This document shows, piece by piece, positions 23,836 to 30,644 of a stretch of DNA of 32,000 nucleotides; the first letter of the stretch is position 1; each line of letters begins with the position of its first letter. The stretch lies in assembly GCA_035400625.1 (NCBI GenBank), contig DAOMZT010000002.1, forward strand, positions 90,001 through 122,000, written 5' to 3'. Position numbers and translations under genes: made by a program. The notes beneath the pieces were generated by a model. It was not told the origin of the DNA and ran no database searches. It worked only from the letters and a program-made list of their open reading frames with translations. Origin of the DNA: an archaeon (GTDB lineage: Archaea > Iainarchaeota > Iainarchaeia > Iainarchaeales > CSSED10-239).

Positions 23836-23908
23836 TGCTTCGAGGCGGATTCGGACCGCCGATTTCCAGATTATGAGTCTGGCGTTCTAACCACTAAACC
23901 ACCGAAGC
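23836..23908 (-). tRNA. tRNA with CAU anticodon (elongator Met or Ile2), 73 nt, no encoded CCA
   Basis: Hand-folded: acceptor GCTTCGG/TCGAAGC, D arm GTTT-AGTGGTTA-GAAC, anticodon stem CCAGA/TCTGG, loop CTCATAA, T arm GGCGG-TCCGAAT-CCGCC. It lacks the A1:U72 pair and triple G:C anticodon stem of archaeal initiators. Confidence 0.85.
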
Positions 23909-23961
23909 AAAAATTAGTTTTCTATATATATTTAAAGTATAAATATATATATAAAATGTGC

Positions 23962-24684
23962 TTATTTTTCTGCAACTATTCGATAAATATCACATATTTC
24001 TAAATGAGTAGTATAAAGGGTTCTATATTGTGCAGGGATTTTAGAAACATCTACCCTCTCTGTACGATAAGACAAAAAATTGCTTTTTTTTAAAGCAGTA
24101 TCTAAATTTCTTTTAAAATACAAATTGCTACCACTTCTTTCTACAAAATAATATGCAATAAATTTGCCTTTTGGTTTAAGCTTTTTATAAATTAAATCAA
24201 ATGTTTTTTGAGTATATTCTTCTGAACCAATATTAACATACTGTTGACTTATGTCTTTAGCTGCTTTTGCATTTTTTTTAACTTTTCTATAAGTTTTTTC
24301 TTCTTTATAAAAGCCTACTGCAAAATCACTTGTAATGATATCTACTGAATTATCTGGAAACCTAGAAAGACCTTTATTAAAATCTGCTTTTATCTGTTCT
24401 AAATTTTTTGGCTTTTTTTTCTTTAATCTGCTTTTTCTTATTACTTTAAGTTTTGGATTTTTTTCTGCATCAAAATGTAAAAATCTTTTACTTCTTAAAC
24501 CTTTCAAATCAATTCCATAAAAATTAAAATTAGAAAATCTTTCAGCTAACATTTTTGAACGATATGCCCTATCGTCTCCAACATTACCTAAATGAACTAC
24601 ATTTTTTTTACCTAATTGAACTTGAGCTGTTTTTGACCTTCTAATCCATCTTATTGGTCTTTTCTTAGGTGTCCTTACTATCAA
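23962..24684 (-). CDS. Class I SAM-dependent methyltransferase-like protein with a Lys-rich insertion
   Basis: VVHLGNVGDD (motif I-like), FYGIDL (motif II acidic residue), FPDNSVDIITSDFAV and LKPKGKFIAYYF (motifs IV-V-like). TTG start 9 nt after the upstream stop. Confidence 0.45.
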   Translation of the reverse strand: MIVRTPKKRPIRWIRRSKTAQVQLGKKNVVHLGNVGDDRAYRSKMLAERFSNFNFYGIDLKGLRSKRFLHFDAEKNPKLKVIRKSRLKKKKPKNLEQIKADFNKGLSRFPDNSVDIITSDFAVGFYKEEKTYRKVKKNAKAAKDISQQYVNIGSEEYTQKTFDLIYKKLKPKGKFIAYYFVERSGSNLYFKRNLDTALKKSNFLSYRTERVDVSKIPAQYRTLYTTHLEICDIYRIVAEK

Positions 24685-24693
24685 AAAAAATCA

Positions 24694-25368
24694 CTATTTA
24701 ATATTGCTTGTGGTTTTTATGTTTATTTGGTCATGGGCATCAATAATAAAGAAAATATCTGCTAAACCAATAAACACACCTGTTTCCAAAACTCCAGGTA
24801 TATTTTTAACAGAAAACTCAAAATCATCAAGAGAGATATTTTTATCTAAAGTTATTCTTGCTAGAAAATGGCCTGTTTCTGTCTTAACAAAATTGTCATC
24901 TGTATCTTTAACAACCCTAGCAAAACCAAAGCTTTGAAGATTAAGTATTGTTCTTTCCCAAGCAAAAGAACTAATCTCAACATAGACATCTTTATCTATT
25001 GTTTCAACAACATCTTGATATTTGGAAACAACAACTAGGTTTAAAGCAGACTGAGCAATCATCTTATCTCTAATAAAAGAACGAGTATCTTTTTTTATAA
25101 AATTATTATAGGTATCTACTTGGCTAGAAAACTCTATAGCCACATCTATTTCTCTTTCACTTAAAGAAATAATCTGTTGTCCAAGATTATATAGTTGTGC
25201 TGCTTGTTTTGCTGTTGTTGCGACAAAAATTACTTTTTTATTTTTTGCATGTAATATCTTTACTAATTCATCAACAAAATCAGAATCCTGTTCGCTTGTG
25301 CCTATGGCAACGATTGCTCCTTCTTTTATAAAGGTTTCAAACTTTTCTACAATTTTTGGAAGATTCAT
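24694..25368 (-). CDS. Ribose-5-phosphate isomerase A (RpiA)-family protein, active-site motifs degenerate
   Basis: Collinear with RpiA: GAIVAIGTSEQ (vs GVGTGST), IDVAIEFSSQVD (vs IYVDGADEI), FIKKDTRSFIRDKMIA (vs MIKGGGAALTREKIIA), IPGVLETGVFIGLADIFFI (vs IPGVVTVGLF). 224 aa. Confidence 0.55.
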   Translation of the reverse strand: MNLPKIVEKFETFIKEGAIVAIGTSEQDSDFVDELVKILHAKNKKVIFVATTAKQAAQLYNLGQQIISLSEREIDVAIEFSSQVDTYNNFIKKDTRSFIRDKMIAQSALNLVVVSKYQDVVETIDKDVYVEISSFAWERTILNLQSFGFARVVKDTDDNFVKTETGHFLARITLDKNISLDDFEFSVKNIPGVLETGVFIGLADIFFIIDAHDQINIKTTSNIK

Positions 25369-25438
25369 ATTTTACCTTTTTTATAACTTAATTCTATACA
25401 TTTTAATTTAAATATATTTCCTTTCTTATGTTATTTAA

Positions 25439-25499
25439 GACAAATGATGAAAAATGAACACCTGCTGATTTGTGATGATAAAATGGGCGGGCTGATGTC
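25439..25499 (+). ncRNA. C/D-box sRNA (2'-O-methylation guide)
   Basis: Terminal stem GACA (25439-42) / TGTC (25496-99). C box ATGATGA 25444-50, 14-nt spacer, D' box CTGA 25465-68, 3-nt linker, C' box GTGATGA 25472-78, 13-nt spacer, D box CTGA 25492-95. TATA-like TTTAAATATA lies about 25-30 nt upstream. Located in an intergenic gap. The D' spacer 25455-63 is identical to plus-strand 31003-31011, so it is complementary to the minus-strand 23S transcript. Confidence 0.8.
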
Positions 25500-25796
25500 T
25501 TAAACTTTTTTCTTTCTCTTATATTTTGTTATTGGGTATTTTGTGGTTTTCTTTTTTTCTTTTTTTACAATTGCCTTTACTGTTTTTGGCTTCTCTTTTT
25601 TTCTTTCTTTTTGTTCAAGACGAGATACTCTTTTATTTAATACGTCCACTTTAGAATTTATTATCTCTTGACTTGCAGAGCCAAGTGGCAATCTCTTTAC
25701 TGCTTTTTGCTGTCTTTTTTCAAGAACCAACAAAAGTATGTTTCCTATTAAAAACACTCCAATAGCAAACAAAAGAACCGTTGTTAATGTTTCCAT
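25500..25796 (-). CDS. Small membrane-anchored protein (one N-terminal TM, Lys-rich coiled C-terminus)
   Basis: 98 aa: TVLLFAIGVFLIGNILLLVL hydrophobic helix, then a charged tail. GGAG SD lies 12 nt upstream. Confidence 0.5.
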   Translation of the reverse strand: METLTTVLLFAIGVFLIGNILLLVLEKRQQKAVKRLPLGSASQEIINSKVDVLNKRVSRLEQKERKKEKPKTVKAIVKKEKKKTTKYPITKYKRKKKV

Positions 25797-25848
25797 ATCT
25801 TTTTCTTCTCCTTTTTTTATTTTTACTTGTTTTTCATTTCTCCTTTTC

Positions 25849-26637
25849 TTATACTAGACAATAAATATTTTTTCTTTTTTCAATAATTACTCCTTCTTCT
25901 TTTAGAAACTCTATAGCTATTTTAAGAAGATCTATTTCTTTATTGAGCTTTTTAGAAAGATCTTCGATTGAGAAGTTTTTATCAAGGCCACTAGAAAGTA
26001 TTTGTTTTCTTATATTGTTATAAAGATACACATCAATAACATAAAAATTACCATCAAATGATTTCTGGCCTTTTATTTCATTATTCTTAAATTTAGAATA
26101 AAATTCTTTTGTGAATTTGTTAGCAGTTGTTATAGACTTAATTAATGCAAATTTCTTTTTTAGAAATTCCTTCATTATTGCTTCTGCATTTTCATCAACC
26201 ACTGTTTTTGCACTCGTAGTTGTTGAAACCGAGGTCGCTGGTTTTCCTTGGTTAACAACATAAATTGCCTTTTTGTATTTTTCTGATTGTTTGTAAGTAA
26301 TAACTTCTTTGTTTTTTAACATCTCTTTAAAGACCAAAAGATCTTCTGGTTTAAGAAGGGTTTCAAACTTGCCTTCGACTTTGTCTTGGAAAGGAAAGTT
26401 TTTATCTAAAAGTATTTTTATAATCTTATTTTTGATTTGTTCTTTATTTGTTTCTGCTGGTTGTTGGGTTGCGTTTTTAGATACAAGTTGCGTTTTATCT
26501 ATAACAGAAAAAGCAATTGCCTGAGAATTTATTATTTTTATCTCTAATTGTTTATTTACATAGTTATCTATATCTTTGCTTTCTGTATCATTATCAAAAT
26601 TCAAAAAATATGTTTTGTTCTTTTTTACTATTTTCAT
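25849..26637 (-). CDS. Hypothetical protein with two winged-helix-like segments
   Basis: 262 aa. wH-like stretches at IKNKIIKILLDKNFPF...EVITYKQSEKYKKAIYVV and IRKQILSSGLDKNFSIEDLSKKLNKEIDLLKIAIEFLKEEGVIIEKRKNIYCLV. The start is 19 nt downstream of the PIN gene. The fold call rests on pattern only. Confidence 0.35.
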   Translation of the reverse strand: MKIVKKNKTYFLNFDNDTESKDIDNYVNKQLEIKIINSQAIAFSVIDKTQLVSKNATQQPAETNKEQIKNKIIKILLDKNFPFQDKVEGKFETLLKPEDLLVFKEMLKNKEVITYKQSEKYKKAIYVVNQGKPATSVSTTTSAKTVVDENAEAIMKEFLKKKFALIKSITTANKFTKEFYSKFKNNEIKGQKSFDGNFYVIDVYLYNNIRKQILSSGLDKNFSIEDLSKKLNKEIDLLKIAIEFLKEEGVIIEKRKNIYCLV

Positions 26638-26656
26638 TATTTCTTCTCTTTTTTCT

Positions 26657-27328
26657 TTATTTTATATTAATTAAATATTCTTCAATCTCTTCAAAAGAAA
26701 CTGCACAGCCATTAAATTTTAAAGAATACAAAGCAGATCTAAGATATTCTTTATTTGTTATTATGCCTTTAAGAAGATTTTTCTCATAAGCGAATGCTAA
26801 AAGATCAACCGAGCGAATTACTATTGGGTTACCTATCAGTTGTTTAAACTTATCATATCTTTCTTGAACTAATTCTATTCTCTTATTTGATCTCTTTCTT
26901 TTTAAAATGTCTAAAAGCGCATATGGATCTTCAATCAAAAGCCTTGTTGTTCTTTCATCTACAGCTAAACAGTTAGATTTACTAATAGATAAAAGTGCCA
27001 TACACTCTGCTTCTCCAAAATCTACAATATGAAGTGGCGTTCCATTTATTAGAAAAATGCTGTTTGTTAGATTAAGTATTTCTTTTGTCATATCATCTAG
27101 TTCTTTGTCGCTTTTATATACTGTGAAAATAAATTCATTTAATTGATCGTTTATTCTTAAAGAACTAAGCTTAAATCTCATATTGTTTCTGACCCTATCA
27201 ATACATTCAAACTTAACTCCTGTTGTTATTACGAATTCACCAATATCGTCTCTTATATTAGAAAATACAGGCAAAAGGCAAGTTTGTGAAAAACTTATTA
27301 AAACCCCCGTGTCAAAAACTATCTTCAT
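26657..27328 (-). CDS. PIN-domain protein (COG2405/DUF3368-like putative toxin nuclease)
   Basis: MKIVFDTGVLISF (first acidic PIN motif), VDFGEAECMALL, CLAVDERTTRLL. Its start overlaps the upstream gene's stop (ATGA at 27325-27328). Confidence 0.6.
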   Translation of the reverse strand: MKIVFDTGVLISFSQTCLLPVFSNIRDDIGEFVITTGVKFECIDRVRNNMRFKLSSLRINDQLNEFIFTVYKSDKELDDMTKEILNLTNSIFLINGTPLHIVDFGEAECMALLSISKSNCLAVDERTTRLLIEDPYALLDILKRKRSNKRIELVQERYDKFKQLIGNPIVIRSVDLLAFAYEKNLLKGIITNKEYLRSALYSLKFNGCAVSFEEIEEYLINIK

Positions 27329-28260
27329 TTCTTAATCACATTTTTATGCATTGTCATTTCTTTAAGTAAATTTACTTTTTCTTTTAGTGTTTTGCCCTTA
27401 ATTATAGAATCTTCATCTGGGATCTTTGTTTGGCCAATTACTGCCATAACGGAATCTTTATCTGCAGATAACAGATTGGTTGCCTGAGATAATGACAAAC
27501 CATAAGCATAAGCGCTTGATGCTATTTTTGCTCTTGCATTAAACACAATATCATGTATAAAATGCCCCAATAACTTATCTGTATTCTCAATATCAGTTTG
27601 TATCTCTTTTATTTTTTTAGTAAATTCAGTTAAGTCTGGTTTTTTGGATAACTCACTGGCAAGCTTTAAATCAATTATTGTTTTTTCTTTAAATTTCTTC
27701 CAGTTAGGACTATAAAAGATGTGTTTTTTAGAAATTAATTTTCTATAAGAATAAGCAATTACTGCCATCTCTGCAATTAACTTATTGTTTGAAATAATTG
27801 CTTCATCCAATAATTTTTCATCAATGGCATGCAGTTTTTGAAGATCTACATTTTGAAATTGTTCATTTATTGCAAGCAATATTTGGGACCAATCTTTAAA
27901 GTTAAGACTTGAAATATATTTTATAACATCTGGATTTTGAAACTTACCATGTTTCTTTGGAAAATTGAATTGCTGATTATTTTGGTTTTGATAATTATTT
28001 CTATTATTGTTTTGTTTGTTATTGTTTTTGTGTCTGTTGGGGTTGTGTGTACGAGAATTTATTTGCTTATTAAATCTGTTTGCATTACGCCCAAAACTAG
28101 AATTGTCTTGTTCTTTAAAATTTCTTGTGTTTCTTCTAGCATTAATAAAAGAAACATTTTCGTTATTATCTCCTACTGCATAAAATTGTTTAGAATTATC
28201 TGGGTTTTTTACTAAGCGATTCTTACCAGAAAATTTGCGATTTTTTTTCATTTTGTGCAT
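27325..28260 (-). CDS. Extended UPF0175-like putative antitoxin: Asn/Gln/Lys-rich disordered N-terminus, helical middle, C-terminal HTH
   Basis: The C-terminal ARAKIASSAYAYGLSLSQATNLLSADKDSVMAVIGQTKIP resembles the UPF0175/COG2886 pattern (a..Ly..G.lSlg.AAel.g.s...f...l...gIP), the usual partner of COG2405 PIN proteins. The N-terminal ~110 aa are low complexity (NNNKQNNNRNNYQNQNNQQ). Confidence 0.4.
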   Translation of the reverse strand: MHKMKKNRKFSGKNRLVKNPDNSKQFYAVGDNNENVSFINARRNTRNFKEQDNSSFGRNANRFNKQINSRTHNPNRHKNNNKQNNNRNNYQNQNNQQFNFPKKHGKFQNPDVIKYISSLNFKDWSQILLAINEQFQNVDLQKLHAIDEKLLDEAIISNNKLIAEMAVIAYSYRKLISKKHIFYSPNWKKFKEKTIIDLKLASELSKKPDLTEFTKKIKEIQTDIENTDKLLGHFIHDIVFNARAKIASSAYAYGLSLSQATNLLSADKDSVMAVIGQTKIPDEDSIIKGKTLKEKVNLLKEMTMHKNVIKK

Positions 28261-28359
28261 TACACCTGCTCTTAATTATATAAAGCTCATAAATATATAA
28301 ATCAAATATATTTAAATATGTTTATTTAATATATTTATTAAGACAATAAGGATAAATAT

Positions 28360-28872
28360 GTGAAGTATATGGGTTTATATGATGACAAAATTAATTCTAT
28401 AATAAAAAAAGACAAAAAATATATAGTCATAGGAATTGTGGCTTTTGTAATTGTTATTCTTTTGGCAATTGGAATTTTTTCAATAGATTGGTCAAAATTA
28501 AGTTCAGGATTAAAGGGCAGTAATATTTCTGTAAAATTTAGTAACAACCCATATGTTCTTTCTAAGGATAAAGAGTTAAAAATAAATGTTACTGTAAAAA
28601 ATAACAGCAAAGTTGATGCAACAGATTCAGTGGTTACAATTATTCCAGTAGAAGATATTTTCTTTATTACTTGCGGTGCCTCAAATTTGGAAAACAATAA
28701 TGTTGTTATTGCTATGATGTCTAAAGACAGTTCTAGAATTGTTAGTTGTGATGTTAAAATTGCACCAACATTAAGCAAATCAGATATATTAGCAGGAACG
28801 TATAACTTTGATGTACATTATACACTTAATAATGAAAATTATGAAACTAGGGCAACTTTAAAAGTTAAATAA
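28360..28872 (+). CDS. Membrane-anchored protein with extracellular beta-sandwich (CARDB-like) domain
   Basis: GTG start with AAGGA 7 nt upstream (alternative ATG at 28369). TM helix YIVIGIVAFVIVILLAIGIF. Ectodomain KELKINVTVKNNSKVDATDSVVTIIPVED...LAGTYNFDVHYTL...RATLKVK. Confidence 0.55.
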   Translation: MKYMGLYDDKINSIIKKDKKYIVIGIVAFVIVILLAIGIFSIDWSKLSSGLKGSNISVKFSNNPYVLSKDKELKINVTVKNNSKVDATDSVVTIIPVEDIFFITCGASNLENNNVVIAMMSKDSSRIVSCDVKIAPTLSKSDILAGTYNFDVHYTLNNENYETRATLKVK

Positions 28873-28886
28873 AAGAAGGTAAAAAC

Positions 28887-29618
28887 ATGTTAGAAAGTTT
28901 AATTAAAGGCTTTAAAATTTTTGCAAGTAAAAAAACATTACTAATTATTGTTCTTTTTTTAATTTCAATGTTTGGAGTGAATTACATAGGTAATTACATT
29001 GTTGATACAATTACATTTTCTCCATCAATTTCAGAATATCCTACATTCTTATTTAATTATTATGGTTATATTTTGTTATTTATTGTACTAGGGTATTTCG
29101 TTGCATTTTTTATAAGTAATTATGTAACTTATCTTATTGCCCACACAATGTTGAAATCAAAGAAAAATTACAAAAAAGCAATAGCTAATGTTTTTGTTTA
29201 TACTTTATTTTTATTTGTTATCTTTTTGTTTTTTATATTTTTTATTTATTTAATTGCATTGATATTTAAATTTGGATTTATCTTTATAATATTATTACTT
29301 ATAATTGCAATATCTGCATTTGTTGTTTCGTTAGTTTCTGGACTAGCAATTATCTTCTTACCTGTTTCTAAAACACTAAATGAGAGCTTTGAGAGAGCTT
29401 GGTTGTTTTTAAAAAAGAAATTTTGGGGACTGGTGCTGTTGATATTGCTTCTTGCAGTAATTAATTTTATAATTTCTTATGCTTTAACTTATTTAATATA
29501 TTTGGCATTTACTAAAAGTTATTATTTAGAATTAATATTAGAATCTGTATTAAGCACTATATTAACAATGTACAGCGTAGCAGTAGTTGCTTGCTATATA
29601 AAGAAAAAGAAAAAATAG
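28887..29618 (+). CDS. Polytopic membrane protein (5-6 TM), unknown function
   Basis: 243 aa, mostly hydrophobic helices, with the start 14 nt after the previous gene's stop (AAGGTAAAAAC-ATG). Probably co-transcribed with 28360-28872. Confidence 0.55.
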   Translation: MLESLIKGFKIFASKKTLLIIVLFLISMFGVNYIGNYIVDTITFSPSISEYPTFLFNYYGYILLFIVLGYFVAFFISNYVTYLIAHTMLKSKKNYKKAIANVFVYTLFLFVIFLFFIFFIYLIALIFKFGFIFIILLLIIAISAFVVSLVSGLAIIFLPVSKTLNESFERAWLFLKKKFWGLVLLILLLAVINFIISYALTYLIYLAFTKSYYLELILESVLSTILTMYSVAVVACYIKKKKK

Positions 29619-29625
29619 TTTTTTA

Positions 29626-30423
29626 CTATTTCTTATATTTTTTTAATTCTTGAACTAATATTTTTACCTGTTCTGTAGATAAACCAAGTGCACGCCTTGT
29701 TGGGTCAAGGCCAACATGGCGAACAGTTTCTATAACTCCATTATATTTTGCATATTCTCTTACATCTTGTAATGCATCATAATTTTTTATCTTAGAAAAT
29801 ACAGCTTGTGCAGCACGATTTACTTCTTCTGCTCCTAATATTTTCATAATCTTTCTTTTCCCACCGTATGCATCATTAATTGTCTTCATCCCAAATACAC
29901 GATAGGCATCTTCAAGACCATATTTTTCAACAATTTTCATAAATCCTACTTTAATAACATTATCTTTTTCAATTATACGACGAGAGCGAGATTGCTCTTT
30001 TTCAACAACACCAACAGAACGAGCTAATTCTTTATCACCAAATAATAAAGCAGCTTTTTCAAGACCTCCGACTTCACTTATTACTCTTTTTGTACCATAC
30101 GCTCTTGCAGTATCTTCAAAACCAAATACCTTTAAAGTTTCGTTAACAGGAATTCCCTTTGCTCTTAATTGTCTAGCATCAATTCCTCTTTCTAACAGCG
30201 CCATTTTTCTACTTGGTTGAGTTTTTGAAAATTTAAGAGCAACATCAACTCTTGCTTTATCAAAAGACCTTATACTTTTTTTAAAAGCTCTTGTTGTATT
30301 TTTCCCTTGTGCTTTCTTTAATGAAACAACTCCTTTAGGACTTGTTTTTTTAACAATATTAGGATTTAATATTCTTCCTGTTTTTGTTCTTATCATTGGT
30401 CTTGGTTTTGGTGCTCCTGGCAT
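29626..30423 (-). CDS. Basic protein with internal ~29-aa helical repeats (helix-hairpin-helix-like), unknown function
   Basis: Repeat GFEDTARAYGTKRVISEVGGLEKAALLFG / GLEDAYRVFGMKTINDAYGGKRKIMKILG plus weaker copies. Lys/Arg/Pro-rich N-terminus MPGAPKPRPMIRTKTGR. GGAG SD lies 12 nt upstream. Visibly less AT-rich than its neighbours. Confidence 0.5.
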   Translation of the reverse strand: MPGAPKPRPMIRTKTGRILNPNIVKKTSPKGVVSLKKAQGKNTTRAFKKSIRSFDKARVDVALKFSKTQPSRKMALLERGIDARQLRAKGIPVNETLKVFGFEDTARAYGTKRVISEVGGLEKAALLFGDKELARSVGVVEKEQSRSRRIIEKDNVIKVGFMKIVEKYGLEDAYRVFGMKTINDAYGGKRKIMKILGAEEVNRAAQAVFSKIKNYDALQDVREYAKYNGVIETVRHVGLDPTRRALGLSTEQVKILVQELKKYKK

Positions 30424-30644
30424 ATTTTAATCATCTCCATTATTATTTAATTATCTCTATAATAATAAAAAACAATAACATTTAAAAATAGTGTGATGAC
30501 AAAAAAAGATTGTAAATTTTAAAAAAAGAAATCCGTTTTAAAAGTTTTAAATTTAATTACGGATAAAGAAAGTAAGTAATTTGTGCTACGAAACTGTCTA
30601 GCTATAAGATTTGACCTCTTTATATTTGTTCGAATCATATTTTA

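Noticed and set aside
22959-23908. Calling the tRNA-flanked MazEF segment a mobile element
   Set aside because: No integrase or transposase, no duplicated tRNA 3' fragment and no terminal repeats are visible. Only the context is suggestive, so it is reported as a finding rather than as a mobile-element feature.
28338-28778. 146-aa minus-strand ORF overlapping the 170-aa plus-strand ORF
   Set aside because: It is an antisense shadow of ORF 28360-28872. The plus-strand ORF has an SD, a TM helix plus folded ectodomain, and an operon partner. The minus-strand product is low-complexity and hydrophobic, with no upstream signals.
30493-30499. GTGATGA C-box-like heptamer, suggesting a second C/D sRNA
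   Set aside because: There is no CTGA D or D' box at the appropriate spacing and no terminal stem. Other TGATGA occurrences (e.g. 8815-8825, 13005-13015, 19085-19095, 28378-28384) lie within coding sequence and also lack partner boxes.
30424-30644. 5S rRNA or tRNA downstream of the 23S 3' end
   Set aside because: The region is very AT-rich, with T-runs and only a weak 6-bp hairpin (ATCCGT...ACGGAT). No 5S-like helices or cloverleaf can be drawn. It looks like an rRNA terminator plus the promoter and SD of the next gene.
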